Shown: positions 46,842 to 56,871 of the stretch, one piece after another
Numbering within the stretch: position 1 is the stretch's first letter
Layout: the number at the start of each line of letters is the position of its first letter
Assembly (NCBI GenBank): GCA_041548485.1
Contig: JBFESP010000007.1
Coordinates: forward strand, 13,679-77,678
From: Thermoplasmata archaeon
Lineage (GTDB): Archaea > Thermoplasmatota > Thermoplasmata > UBA10834
DNA: 64,000 nt
Direction of reading: 5' to 3'
Notes under the pieces: generated by a model
Database searches by the model: none
What the model saw: only the letters and a program-made list of their open reading frames with translations
Told to the model about the DNA's origin: nothing
Position numbers and translations under genes: made by a program

Positions 46842-48017
46842 ATGAACCAACCAGTCATTCTGAGCGCCGTCCGAACCCCAATCGGCAGGTTCGGCGGTGG
46901 CCTGAAGGCGCAGACCGCCACCCAGCTCGGCGCTATCGTTGTCCGAGAAGCGATCAGGCGAGCTGGCGTGGATCCAACGAAGGTGGACGAATGCATAATG
47001 GGCAACGTCATCTCCGCGGGGCTCGGCCAGAACCCCGCGCGCCAGGCGGCCCTACATGGCGGCCTTCCGCCCGAGGTGTCGGCGCTGACCATCAACAAGG
47101 TCTGTGGTTCCGGTCTCAAGGCGGTCATGATCGCAGCGGATGTTATCTCCGCGGGGAAGGGCGCGCTGTTCGTCGCAGGGGGGATGGAGAGCATGACCAA
47201 CGCCCCCTACCTTCTTGAGAAGGCGCGGTTCGGTTACAAGCTGTTCGACTCACAGCTTGTAGACGCGCTGGTCCGGGACGGCCTATGGGACGTGTTCAAC
47301 GACTTCCACATGGGTAACACGGGCGAGATCATCGCCGAGCGGCACAATGTATCGAGGGAGGCTGCGGATGAGTTCTCCCTCTGGAGCCATCAGAAGGCTG
47401 TGCGGGCTGTGAAGGGGGGGCTGTTCAAGGACGAGATCGTGCCTGTGGAGGTGAGGTCGAAGAAAGGACCAGTCAAGGTCTCCGACGACGAGGGCCCAAG
47501 GGAGGACACGACTCTCGACGCCCTCGCCAAGCTCAAGCCCGTCTTCAGGGGCGATGGCGTGCTCACTGCAGGTAACTCGTCGAGTATCAATGACGGGGCG
47601 TCAGCGCTCGTCGTTGCAGACCCCGTCAAGGCGGAGGAACTGGGGCTCGAACCGATCGCTAGGATAGTCGACTACAACACCGCGGGCATGAAGCCGGAAC
47701 TGATTATGGAGGCACCGATACCCGCAGTGGAGTCACTGCTGAAGAGGAACTCCCTGCAGATGTCCGACATCGACCTGTTCGAACACAACGAGGCCTTCTC
47801 GACCGCCTCAATCGCGGTGAAGGATTCGCTCGGAGTCCCTGAGGATCGGTTCAACGTCAACGGTGGAGCGGTCGCCCTCGGCCATCCTATCGGTTGCAGC
47901 GGCGCCCGAGTTCTCACAACGCTCATCTATGCTATGCAGAGACGGGAAGCGTTCCGCGGAATCGCCACTCTGTGTTTGGGCGGCGGTAACGCTGTCGCGA
48001 TGCTCGTTGAGCGGTAG
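46842..48017 (+). CDS. acetyl-CoA C-acetyltransferase (thiolase II, bacterial type)
   Basis: MNQPVILSAVRTPIGRFGG, active-site NKVCGSGLKAVM, NEAFS, GHPIGCSGARV and C-terminal CLGGGNAVAMLVE. Confidence 0.9.
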   Translation: MNQPVILSAVRTPIGRFGGGLKAQTATQLGAIVVREAIRRAGVDPTKVDECIMGNVISAGLGQNPARQAALHGGLPPEVSALTINKVCGSGLKAVMIAADVISAGKGALFVAGGMESMTNAPYLLEKARFGYKLFDSQLVDALVRDGLWDVFNDFHMGNTGEIIAERHNVSREAADEFSLWSHQKAVRAVKGGLFKDEIVPVEVRSKKGPVKVSDDEGPREDTTLDALAKLKPVFRGDGVLTAGNSSSINDGASALVVADPVKAEELGLEPIARIVDYNTAGMKPELIMEAPIPAVESLLKRNSLQMSDIDLFEHNEAFSTASIAVKDSLGVPEDRFNVNGGAVALGHPIGCSGARVLTTLIYAMQRREAFRGIATLCLGGGNAVAMLVER

Positions 48018-48077
48018 CCCCATACACCGAAAACGACATATCGAACCCCGCGTTACCCTGACCCGGTACGAGGGAGC

Positions 48078-49328
48078 GTGAGTCATTTGAATGCTCAGGA
48101 TTTGATGCAGGTCGTCGATGCCGACAGAGACCGGATTGTGAAATCGCTCTGCGACATGCTCAGAATCAAGGCGGTAGGTCCCGAGAACGGCGGTAGTGGC
48201 GAGGCGGAGCGAGGCGATTTCCTGACCGAGCTTCTGAAGGAGCTCGGGTTCGATGAGGTCGAGCAGTACGATTCAGAGGACCCGCGCGTCCCCTCGGGCC
48301 GAAGACCGAACATCGTGGCGAGGGTGAAGGGCTCGACAGATGCCAACCTGTGGGTGGTCACTCACACGGACACCGTCCCCGAGGGCGACCCCGAGGCGTG
48401 GACCCGCCCTCCATTCGACCCCCAGGTCGCCGATGGCAGGGTGTATGGTCGTGGGTCCGAGGATAACGGGCAGGAGCTGATAGCTTCCCTCTTTGGGCTG
48501 GCCGCGCTCTTGAAGACAGGGATAACCCCCGAGTTCAACGTTGCCCTCGCATTCGTAGCCGATGAGGAGTACGGCAACACACACGGGATCGAGGTCCTGC
48601 TGAAGAACGGTTTGTTCAAAGAGGGCGATCTGATCGTGGTGCCTGACCACGGGTACCCCGACGGGGCATCCATGGCGACGGTTGAGAAGAGCGTCGCATG
48701 GGTGAAAGTCGTGGTCATCGGAAGGCAGACGCACGGTAGCACCCCAGGGAACGGGGTGAACGCGTTCGAGGTGGCTGCGAGGTACATCTCGAACTGCACA
48801 GACCGACTTAGGTCGAAGTTTCCAATGAGCGATTCGATGTTCGACCCTCCTGAGAGCACCTTCGTGCCCTCCAAGTGCGAGGGCAACAACTACAACATCA
48901 ACACCGTGCCCGGAAGACAGGTGTTCTACTGCGACTTCCGCGTCCTTCCCGATTATTCGCTGGACGACGTCATGGCCGAGATGCAGGCGGTGGCCCGTGA
49001 GCTCGAGGAGACATGGGGGGCGAGGATAGACGTGAGCTTCCTAGACCGGACCGAGTCCGCGGGAAGGACCTCGCAGGACGCAGAAGTCGTCAAACGCCTC
49101 GGCGAGGCGGTCACCGTTGTCGGGGGGTTCACGCCAAAACCCGTTGGGATCGGCGGCGCGACCTTCGCGACCCCGTTCCGGAAGGCCGGCTTGGATGCGG
49201 TCGCGTGGAGCACAATTCCAGGCACGGGCCACGACGCTGACGAATACATCGAGATATCCGGGTTGATGTTCGATGCTAAGGCATATGCGGTGCTCTTCGC
49301 GGGCAAGAACATAGATCGGACCGACTAG
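48078..49328 (+). CDS. M20-family metallopeptidase (ArgE/DapE/ACY1-like)
   Basis: THTDTVP, GRGSEDNGQ, VADEEYG and a dimerisation lid. GTG start preceded by GAGGGAG. Confidence 0.85.
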   Translation: MSHLNAQDLMQVVDADRDRIVKSLCDMLRIKAVGPENGGSGEAERGDFLTELLKELGFDEVEQYDSEDPRVPSGRRPNIVARVKGSTDANLWVVTHTDTVPEGDPEAWTRPPFDPQVADGRVYGRGSEDNGQELIASLFGLAALLKTGITPEFNVALAFVADEEYGNTHGIEVLLKNGLFKEGDLIVVPDHGYPDGASMATVEKSVAWVKVVVIGRQTHGSTPGNGVNAFEVAARYISNCTDRLRSKFPMSDSMFDPPESTFVPSKCEGNNYNINTVPGRQVFYCDFRVLPDYSLDDVMAEMQAVARELEETWGARIDVSFLDRTESAGRTSQDAEVVKRLGEAVTVVGGFTPKPVGIGGATFATPFRKAGLDAVAWSTIPGTGHDADEYIEISGLMFDAKAYAVLFAGKNIDRTD

Positions 49329-50290
49329 AGCGCCGGGGACGGCTTCGGCATCTTGTCTCCGAATATCCTCGATATCATCCATTCAGCATCGAAGCGACCG
49401 AACTCCTCGTAGTCCTGTCCGAAGCTGACGTATGCGATCGGCTTCCCGATCGCCTTCGCGATGGAGAGTGCTGCTCCGCCCTTGGCGTCAGCGTCGATCT
49501 TCGTCAGGATGACCGCGTCTATCCCGACCGCCTCGTCGAACCTCTTCGCCTGCTCAATCGCGTCGGAGCCGGCGAGCGAATCACCGACGAAGAATATCAC
49601 ATCTGGCTTGGCGACTCGCTTGATCTTCTTCATCTCGTCCATCAGGTTCTTGTTGGTCTGCATCCTCCCCGCGGTGTCAATCAGGACGAACTCCTTCTTC
49701 CTCGCCTTGGCGTGTTCGATCGCATCGAACGCGACGGCCGCCGGGTCGCTTCCTGCCTGATGTTTGATGATCTTGCACCCGAGCCGTTCGGAGTGCAGGG
49801 TCAACTGTTCGATCGCTCCCGCCCTGAAAGTGTCTCCCGCGGCAAGTACGCAACCGTACCCCCGAGCCTGCAGTCGATGGGCGAGCTTGGCGATGGCGGT
49901 CGTCTTCCCCGTGCCGTTGATCCCTACGAACATCATCGCGACCGGCGGGGCTTCGGCCTCCACCACGTCGCTGAGCGAGAACTCCTGGCCGACGAGCACA
50001 TCCATGACCGCCGATCGGAATGCCAAGTTTATCGCCTCCTCAACCTTGAATCCCTTCTCGACCCTCTTGCCGGCAAGGAACTCGCGCACGCCCTTCGACA
50101 TCTCCTCGACGACTGGCAGTGCGACATCAGCCTGGAGGAGCCCGAACTCGAGCTCCGTTAGTATCTCGTCTAGAACACTCCCCCGGAGCTTCCTGCCCGA
50201 GTCGCCGACCACTTCGGATATGTCCTCTACAGATCTAGCCTTAGCGACGGTCGACGCAACAGCGAGCTTGTCTCTGATGGCTTTGAACAT
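49325..50290 (-). CDS. ftsY: signal recognition particle receptor FtsY
   Basis: NG domain with GINGTGKTT, DTAGR and TKIDADAKGG. Confidence 0.93.
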   Translation of the reverse strand: MFKAIRDKLAVASTVAKARSVEDISEVVGDSGRKLRGSVLDEILTELEFGLLQADVALPVVEEMSKGVREFLAGKRVEKGFKVEEAINLAFRSAVMDVLVGQEFSLSDVVEAEAPPVAMMFVGINGTGKTTAIAKLAHRLQARGYGCVLAAGDTFRAGAIEQLTLHSERLGCKIIKHQAGSDPAAVAFDAIEHAKARKKEFVLIDTAGRMQTNKNLMDEMKKIKRVAKPDVIFFVGDSLAGSDAIEQAKRFDEAVGIDAVILTKIDADAKGGAALSIAKAIGKPIAYVSFGQDYEEFGRFDAEWMISRIFGDKMPKPSPAL

Positions 50291-50314
50291 GGCCGCTCCT
50301 TAAGGTTGGAGCTC

Positions 50315-50734
50315 TCACTGCGGTTCCGACCGCGAGTAGTGCTCCTGGACCTTCTCCGAGAGCTGCTGGACCGTGAGTTCGGTCTGTTCGATACGTTCCC
50401 CGATCTTATTCGCTGCACGGTTGAGCTCGTCAATTCTGGCGCTCAGCAGTTTCCGTGCCTCCTCCGGAGGCCGCTGAAAGGATACATTCGCGCCCACTCC
50501 GACGATCGCGCTCTTCTCCTCGGAGATTCGGGCGTGGATGAACGATTCGGCCCCGATCGGCACCAGGATGTCGTCTCCAGGCTCGCCAGAGGCGACCATG
50601 GCAATGGTGTCCCTGGCCCGCGAGTGCTCGTCGATGGTGAGCCGGATGATCTCCTGCTGCCTCATGAGCGCCTCGTGCTGTGCCTTGGCGCTCTCAATCA
50701 TCGCCGCCGCCTCTCTCGCTTCCTCCTCGTCCAT
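50315..50734 (-). CDS. pfdA: prefoldin alpha subunit
   Basis: Coiled coil - beta hairpins - coiled coil, with ILVPIGAESFIHARI and the conserved LX-pfdA-ftsY synteny. Confidence 0.85.
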   Translation of the reverse strand: MDEEEAREAAAMIESAKAQHEALMRQQEIIRLTIDEHSRARDTIAMVASGEPGDDILVPIGAESFIHARISEEKSAIVGVGANVSFQRPPEEARKLLSARIDELNRAANKIGERIEQTELTVQQLSEKVQEHYSRSEPQ

Positions 50735-50967
50735 CAGCCACCAGCCTCCAGTATGTACTTCACTCGATGGTCAGTAATCTCCTCGGGCTTCATCGTCCTG
50801 ACGCCATCGATCCTGACGAACGGTCGCTTGATTCTGTGTCTGCTGCCGATGAGCGAGAATACCCTCTCCACGGCAGCCGGCTCGTCGGCCGAGGCCACTT
50901 CAATGGTGAAGGGTTGCCACCTGCTAACGGAAATCCTGAACTCTCCCTTTATCTCGTAAGCCTTCAT
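50734..50967 (-). CDS. rplX: 50S ribosomal protein LX (L18Ae/L20e family)
   Basis: 77 aa beginning MKAYEIKGEF...IGSRHRIKR. A TGATG overlap joins it to pfdA, matching the archaeal synteny. Confidence 0.75.
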   Translation of the reverse strand: MKAYEIKGEFRISVSRWQPFTIEVASADEPAAVERVFSLIGSRHRIKRPFVRIDGVRTMKPEEITDHRVKYILEAGG

Positions 50968-51030
50968 GATGACCTGCAGAGGCCCTAGAGATGGTACTCC
51001 AAATAAAGCTTTTGCCAGTATGGGTCGAGC

Positions 51031-51936
51031 GTGACTCGCCCTCCTGCCGCAGCGAATAGGTATTCATATCGCGGTCTCAATGACGGTGTCGTGACCCGGC
51101 CAATCGACATCTTCCGTCCAGGCAGGAGCTTCCCAGCCGTGTCCGTCACCGGCTCCCGATGCGACCTCAAATGTCACCATTGCGCAGGTCACTACCTGCG
51201 CGGGATGAGGGCCGCGACCGAGCCAGAGGACCTGCTGAAGTTGGCCCGTCGCTTGGATGAGGAGGGTGCCTTGGGCCTGCTCATCAGCGGGGGGTCCGAG
51301 ATATCCGGAAGGGTTCCGCTAGGACGTTTCGTCGGAGCGATCAGGCAGATCAAGGACACAACGCGGTTGAAGATCAATGCGCATGTGGGGCTGACCCCGA
51401 AATCTGATCTTGAAGATCTGATTGCTGCGGGTGTGGACGTCTTCTCGGTCGATGTCTACGGAACGGACAGCGCCGTCCACGACACGCTCGGGCTAGATGC
51501 TAGTGCGGACGACTTCATGAAGGTGGTCGAGAACCTGAAAACGCTCGACGCTCCTTCAGTGGCACCGCATATATGCATCGGGATCGAGATGGGGACGCTG
51601 AGGGGGGAGATGGATGCGATTGCAGGTTTGGGACAGGTCGCACCCGACACGCTCGTCTTCATCGTTTTCACGCCGACAAAGGGCACACCGTACGAGGGGG
51701 CGCGATCTCCGGCTCCCTCTGACATCCTTTCCGTGCTGCGGCTGGCCCGGGAGGAGATGCCCGACACGCGGCTCGTTCTCGGCTGCATGCGCCCTAGGGA
51801 TGTCCGACAATACGAGATCGAAGCGATTGCCCTGGGCATAGACGGGATAGTCATGCCCAGCACGGAAACCCTCCAGTACGTCAGGAGATCCGGGGCGAAG
51901 ATCTGTGAGAAAGGGACCTGCTGCGCGCTCGGATAG
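51031..51936 (+). CDS. radical SAM protein, small BioB/LipA-related type
   Basis: CDLKCHHCAGHY is a CX3CX2C cluster motif; GGSE-type SAM motif LLISGGSE; C-terminal ...CEKGTCCALG. Confidence 0.75.
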   Translation: MTRPPAAANRYSYRGLNDGVVTRPIDIFRPGRSFPAVSVTGSRCDLKCHHCAGHYLRGMRAATEPEDLLKLARRLDEEGALGLLISGGSEISGRVPLGRFVGAIRQIKDTTRLKINAHVGLTPKSDLEDLIAAGVDVFSVDVYGTDSAVHDTLGLDASADDFMKVVENLKTLDAPSVAPHICIGIEMGTLRGEMDAIAGLGQVAPDTLVFIVFTPTKGTPYEGARSPAPSDILSVLRLAREEMPDTRLVLGCMRPRDVRQYEIEAIALGIDGIVMPSTETLQYVRRSGAKICEKGTCCALG

Positions 51937-51940
51937 TCGC

Positions 51941-52771
51941 TCACTTGTATATCGAGCCGTGGGAGTACTTGCGTTCGATCGGCATGAGATACGCTATCCA
52001 TGCGATGTTGGCGACCGCCACTGCCAATGTGAGCAGCGAGATCACGCCCGTGAATATGTCTGAGACGTCCCTCACAATCGTCACCGTCGCCACGGCGCCA
52101 GGATTGGCCTGGTCGTTCAACACGAGTACGTACCTCTGATGGTCCGCCTTGGGGATGTCGATCGTGACCGAACCGTCTATCCGATAGTCGTCGTTTCGGT
52201 TGAGTCTCAGTATAGCCAGCTGGCTGATGTCATCCTTGTAGGTGTCGTAGGCGGCTCCTTCCACCATGTATATCTCGACCATGTGCACCGAAGTCGCCTG
52301 CACCTCCACCATACGTTGGAGCGCGAGCGGGTCCCTGGACCAGAACTCGATGTGGTCGATAGCCGTGAGGGCGGAGGTCTTGCTGGTCGCGTCCTGTATC
52401 GCAGACTGGATCGGAGGGGTCATCAGCATCACCGTCACGACGGCGGCGACAATCATTATCATAACAGCCGATTTGATCGAGTTCTTCGCCATCAGGTGCT
52501 TGGCGCTGGAACTCCTGGCGAACCTGATCTCCATGATCCGGAAGAAGAAGCTCTCGACGCATACGACGAGAAGGAGCAGGACCATCACCGCTGCGAACGA
52601 ATCCAGCGGGAGGTAGAGGACCGGCTTCAGCTGCGCGTTACCGAAGATGAATATCATGACGAACGCAAGAACGATGAGCATCACGGCCTGGACGACATAG
52701 AGGGCCAGTTTGATTCTTCTGATCTTGGCAAGCCTTATGGAATCCTCCAGGACCTTACTGGAAAACGGCAT
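51941..52771 (-). CDS. polytopic membrane protein with a ~120-aa extracytoplasmic domain, function unknown
   Basis: Four hydrophobic helices, three N-terminal and one C-terminal, flanking a soluble domain. No family recognised. Confidence 0.55.
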   Translation of the reverse strand: MPFSSKVLEDSIRLAKIRRIKLALYVVQAVMLIVLAFVMIFIFGNAQLKPVLYLPLDSFAAVMVLLLLVVCVESFFFRIMEIRFARSSSAKHLMAKNSIKSAVMIMIVAAVVTVMLMTPPIQSAIQDATSKTSALTAIDHIEFWSRDPLALQRMVEVQATSVHMVEIYMVEGAAYDTYKDDISQLAILRLNRNDDYRIDGSVTIDIPKADHQRYVLVLNDQANPGAVATVTIVRDVSDIFTGVISLLTLAVAVANIAWIAYLMPIERKYSHGSIYK

Positions 52772-52813
52772 CGGAGCCTTTTATGCCCTTATGGTTAATA
52801 AATACTTTTTGTG

Positions 52814-54046
52814 CTAGTTATCGAGCGAAGCCAGATTTCTGCATATCAGATGGACTGCCAAGTAGCTGGGCACTCTTGTCGGGCCGACATCCAGGTCGAA
52901 CCCGACCCCTCTGAGGGTCACGCTGGCGGGTGCCTCCAGGCTCACGCCGACCTCCTCCTCACCGAATGCCTTAGGCACGGCGTCCGTGAACGGATCGAAC
53001 CCGTCAAGTCTCTCCCTGGTCATCGGTACGACCTCGAACCCGGTCTTGCCATGCAGGGAGCTCGGAAGGCGGATCAGTCTGCGGACATCGGAGGTCACGG
53101 GCTCGTCGGTCTCCCCCTTGACCTTTCCCTTGACTCTCAAGGCGACGAGCTCCAGGAACGCATCGCTGTTCCGCTTCTCCGAGAACACTTCGAAGGTGTC
53201 CTCGTCTCTCATCCGGTCGGCGCCGCTCCTGCCCTTGTTCTTCACGAAGAGGTCTCCGTAGAGCCCCCCGATGGTCTTCGATCCGATATCCCGTTTGGAT
53301 GCCGCGAGCGTCTCCGAGACGAGTCTCTTCGCGTCCTCCTCCCGCATCCCCTCCAATTCTGCCAGGAGTTCCTCGACACCCCTCCGTATCCTCCTCTTCC
53401 ACCCCCCGTCCGCAAGCGTGGGCATCTCACGCCTGTGGCTCACCCCGGGCCGGTCCCTGAACCGGCTCTGCTCGAATGCGCTGCGCGGGAAGACCCAGTC
53501 GAGATCCAGGCCCGTGCCCGTTACGTAGTCCACGATCTCCCGTCTCTCGTGCGAAGTCAGCTTGAGGACCTTCTGGCTGTTGATGTGCACGTGGTATCCT
53601 CTCCCTCCCGAGAACACTATCTTCAGGTCGCCCTCGTCGAATCCGAGGTCCCCGTTGAGGAACTCGTCTATGAGCTTCTTGACTTCTTCCTTGACCCTTT
53701 CGAGCATCCGCTCATAGGGCTGCCCTTTCGTGCCCTCGACATGGTCGGCGTCGAGGTCGAACAACAGGTCTGCCCCGAGCCAGGACTTCTCCGGCATCGT
53801 GGGGGCGTCTGGTTTCTCGTAGTAGGCCGTGGAGTAGTAGGCGTGCGACGGCGTCTGCTCGACGAGGTACTTCTTCAAAGCCGCCCTGCTCGGAAACGCC
53901 ATGTGCCTCATCATGAAGGTGCGGTCAAAGAACATGAACCCGAACTCCCGCCTGGCGAATCTCTCGGGCATATCCAAGGATGATTCCATGTAATGCTTGG
54001 CGAACAGTCTCATGACGAACTTCCTCGAACCGTTCGGGATCATCAC
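52814..54046 (-). CDS. priS: DNA primase small (catalytic) subunit PriS
   Basis: AEP motifs ADLLFDLDADH (DxD) and FSGGRGYHVH, plus the hVP.SLH-type RLIRLPSSLHGKTG. Confidence 0.9.
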   Translation of the reverse strand: MMIPNGSRKFVMRLFAKHYMESSLDMPERFARREFGFMFFDRTFMMRHMAFPSRAALKKYLVEQTPSHAYYSTAYYEKPDAPTMPEKSWLGADLLFDLDADHVEGTKGQPYERMLERVKEEVKKLIDEFLNGDLGFDEGDLKIVFSGGRGYHVHINSQKVLKLTSHERREIVDYVTGTGLDLDWVFPRSAFEQSRFRDRPGVSHRREMPTLADGGWKRRIRRGVEELLAELEGMREEDAKRLVSETLAASKRDIGSKTIGGLYGDLFVKNKGRSGADRMRDEDTFEVFSEKRNSDAFLELVALRVKGKVKGETDEPVTSDVRRLIRLPSSLHGKTGFEVVPMTRERLDGFDPFTDAVPKAFGEEEVGVSLEAPASVTLRGVGFDLDVGPTRVPSYLAVHLICRNLASLDN

Positions 54047-54168
54047 ATCTGCGTTATCCTACTGACGCGTATATTAAACTGACAACTGCAATCCCGCTGC
54101 GTTTCGAGAGCACGTCAGAAACCATAAAAAGGCCGCAGCGCCATCCAGCGGCCCGCTAGGTAGGGTAG

Positions 54169-55053
54169 ATGAACAAAATCTACGTGAAGCTCATTCTCAG
54201 CAGCGAGGGTGAGCCACCCAAGCGCATAGTTGAACGCATGAAGCGGATTGGCGCACTCCCCCTCGTCGGCGATTTCGACTTCGAGCTGGAGCTCGGCCCG
54301 GACGATCGGCTGTTCGACAGACTCGATACGGTCCACAAGGCTCTCAAAGGCTCGAGGGTCAGATACTCCGTCACGACCCAGGCCGAAGCCAGCAAGCCCT
54401 CGGAAGGCGGCACGTCGATGCGCTTGGTCTCCTCGTTTGACGGTCTCAAACCAGCCGATATGAAGAAGGCCGTCTACCTGCAGAAGCTTGACCGGTGGCG
54501 GGAGATGGGGCTGGACGTCTCAGAGTTGGAGGGGCTGCTGGATGCCGACATGGCCCTTTTCAAGGAGGCCAGCAAGGAGTTCCTCAGAACCCACCTGAAC
54601 AGCATGTCCGTGGTGAGTGACAAACACCCGCCAGAGGTCCAACTCGACGGTGAGGTGCTGGCGCTCCTCGGCGAGGAGGGTAAGACGATTGCGAACCTCG
54701 CCAAGACCACAGGTCATTCGGAAGAGCAGATCACTCTGTCACTCGGACGCCTCATATCCTCTGGGAGCGCGTCCCTCTCTGACTCCGGGAAAGGGGAGAA
54801 GTATGTCCTCGTCCCGCCGCCTGCGCCACCCCCCGTCAAGAAGAAGCTCAGGACCCTTCCGGCGGAAGACGACGAAGAGGCCGAGGACAGGGTCTACAGC
54901 GCTCTTTCCCCGAACGGTACCACGCGCGGGCAGGTCCTCAGAGCGACCAGGTTGCCTGATGAACAGCTCTCCAGGGCGCTCGCATCCCTCTCGAAGAAGG
55001 GCAGGATACGCGTCATAGGCAAGGGCATGAAGGCGCGGTTCGTACCCACCTGA
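54169..55053 (+). CDS. hypothetical protein with two C-terminal wHTH-like modules
   Basis: N-terminal ~70-aa alpha/beta module, then LALLGEEGKTIANLAKTTGHSEEQITLSLGRLISSG and ALSPNGTTRGQVLRATRLPDEQLSRALASLSKKGRI. ATAAAAAG TATA box about 30 nt upstream. Confidence 0.55.
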   Translation: MNKIYVKLILSSEGEPPKRIVERMKRIGALPLVGDFDFELELGPDDRLFDRLDTVHKALKGSRVRYSVTTQAEASKPSEGGTSMRLVSSFDGLKPADMKKAVYLQKLDRWREMGLDVSELEGLLDADMALFKEASKEFLRTHLNSMSVVSDKHPPEVQLDGEVLALLGEEGKTIANLAKTTGHSEEQITLSLGRLISSGSASLSDSGKGEKYVLVPPPAPPPVKKKLRTLPAEDDEEAEDRVYSALSPNGTTRGQVLRATRLPDEQLSRALASLSKKGRIRVIGKGMKARFVPT

Positions 55054-55150
55054 TTCCGCCACGACCGCAAGTCTGAGCCCCGCCCTATGCATCTGGTAAA
55101 AGCTTTATACAGACCCTCCCGATTGAGCGCCGCCCAGGGAAGAGTACACG

Positions 55151-56017
55151 ATGCGCGCGTTCCAGCTGACCAAGGCCGAGGTGAGGTATGAGGGTTCGGA
55201 AGTCCCAGCATTGGTCGACGTCTCTTCCTGGGTCGACGAAGGCGAGATAGTCCTTCTGCTCGGGTCAAACAATGCTGGCAAATCCACCTTCTGCAGGCTT
55301 CTGAACGGTCTCGTGCCCCATGCGATCCCTGCGCGGGTCGATGGGAAGGTGGAGGTTCTGGGCCGGGATGTCAGCACAACCTCGGTCGCGAGACTCGCAA
55401 CGATGGTCGGGATGGTCTTCCAGGAGCCAGAGAACCAGTTGTTCTGTATGAGCGCCGAGGAGGAGGTGGCGTTCGGACCCGAGAACTTGGCGGTTCCAAG
55501 GACCGAGATCATCGCCAGGGTCGAATGGGCTCTCGAGGTCGTTGGGCTGAGCGGGTACAACGCCCGCTCGCCGTCCAATCTGTCGGGGGGTGAGAAGCAG
55601 AGGCTGGCCATCGCGGCCGCCCTGTCCATGCGCCCGCGACTACTCGTCCTGGACGAACCGGCATACGCTTTGGACCCTGCTGGCAGGACGTCTCTGTACG
55701 CGCTCCTGCGCTCTCTTCGCGATAGGTACGGCATGACCATCATCATCGCAGAGCGGGACGCGGAGGAGATGGCGGAGCTGTGTGACCGCGTGATCCTACT
55801 TCGCAACGGCAGGGTGGTGGCCGACGGGGCCCCGAGCGTCGTCCTGTCGGATGTCGATGAGGTGGTCGCCGCGGGAGTGGCACCCCCCCAGATTGCCCAC
55901 TTGAGCTCGCTCTTGGCGGACAGGTTCCCGGGCAGGACGCGCCCGTTCTTCTCGACGGGCGACGCGGAGAAGGAGATCACAGCCCTGGTCCGAACCGTAG
56001 GGGGCAACGCTCCGTGA
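55151..56017 (+). CDS. ecfA1: ECF transporter ATPase component (EcfA/CbiO-like)
   Basis: Walker A GSNNAGKST, signature LSGGEKQRLAIAAAL, Walker B LLVLDEP. Confidence 0.88.
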   Translation: MRAFQLTKAEVRYEGSEVPALVDVSSWVDEGEIVLLLGSNNAGKSTFCRLLNGLVPHAIPARVDGKVEVLGRDVSTTSVARLATMVGMVFQEPENQLFCMSAEEEVAFGPENLAVPRTEIIARVEWALEVVGLSGYNARSPSNLSGGEKQRLAIAAALSMRPRLLVLDEPAYALDPAGRTSLYALLRSLRDRYGMTIIIAERDAEEMAELCDRVILLRNGRVVADGAPSVVLSDVDEVVAAGVAPPQIAHLSSLLADRFPGRTRPFFSTGDAEKEITALVRTVGGNAP

Positions 56018-56871
56018 ATGTCAACGTCAAAGCTCAAAGTCCTCCGGCCATTTCCCTGGAGGATGTGAGGTTCTCGTACGAAGGCGGCTTCGAGGCACTC
56101 AAAGGGGTGTCGTTGAGAGTGGCCTGGGGGGAGAACGTGGCCGTCGTCGGTGGGAACGGCTCCGGCAAAACGACGCTCGCGAAGCACCTTAACGGGCTTC
56201 TGAAACCGTCGTCGGGGAAGGTTCTCATCGGAGGGAAAGACTCCCGCAGCATGAGCGTCGCGACGCTAGCTAGGACCGTCGGCTACGTCTTTCAGAACCC
56301 GGACTACCAACTGTTCTGCACGTCGGTGGAGGAGGAGGTCCGCTTCGGGCCGAAGAACATGGGTCTCGGGCGTGACGACGAGACCACTCTCGCAGAACGC
56401 GCACTGAAGATGATGGGCGTAGGCCATCTGCGGGGACGATCCCCCGTCTCGCTGAGCCTCGGCAACAGGAGGAAGGTCGCGATCGCCTCCGTGCTGGCGA
56501 CCTCTCCCAGAGTGCTCGTCCTCGACGAGCCGACGACCGGCCTAGACTCCGTGGAGTCCGCACAGCTCATGGCGTCACTGGCCGTCCTGCGTTCCGAAGG
56601 TACGACCCTCGTGCTGATCACACACGATATGCGGCTGGTCGCTCAGCATATGGACCGGGTGGTCGTCATGTCCGAGGGGTGCGTCGCGCTCGACACATGC
56701 GTCGACGAAGCGTTCTCCGATCCAGACCGGTTGACTAGGTGCAAGCTCATCGCCCCTCCGATAACCGTTCTGGCCCAGAGGTTGCAGGCTCGAGGAATCC
56801 TGCAGGAGGGTGCGGCCACACCCATTCAGCTGGTGGAGCTGGTCGCCCGTGCCGGGGGTGAGCGACAATGA
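56014..56871 (+). CDS. ecfA2: ECF transporter ATPase component (EcfA'/CbiO-like)
   Basis: Walker A GGNGSGKTT, a degenerate signature LSLGNRRKVAIASVL and Walker B VLVLDEP. 4-nt overlap with ecfA1. Confidence 0.88.
   Translation: MNVNVKAQSPPAISLEDVRFSYEGGFEALKGVSLRVAWGENVAVVGGNGSGKTTLAKHLNGLLKPSSGKVLIGGKDSRSMSVATLARTVGYVFQNPDYQLFCTSVEEEVRFGPKNMGLGRDDETTLAERALKMMGVGHLRGRSPVSLSLGNRRKVAIASVLATSPRVLVLDEPTTGLDSVESAQLMASLAVLRSEGTTLVLITHDMRLVAQHMDRVVVMSEGCVALDTCVDEAFSDPDRLTRCKLIAPPITVLAQRLQARGILQEGAATPIQLVELVARAGGERQ

Noticed and set aside
52811-53983. 390-aa plus-strand ORF.
   Set aside because: It is antisense to priS, which has clear AEP primase motifs, so it is a shadow ORF.
55054-55150. TPP or other vitamin riboswitch upstream of the ECF transporter.
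   Set aside because: Only short chance matches (CTGAG, CTGGTAA) are present. The region is under 100 nt and is mostly occupied by a TATA-like box (GCTTTATACAG), so there is no room for a riboswitch aptamer.
55105-56187. 360-aa minus-strand ORF.
   Set aside because: It is antisense to ecfA1/ecfA2, which have intact Walker and signature motifs, so it is a shadow ORF.
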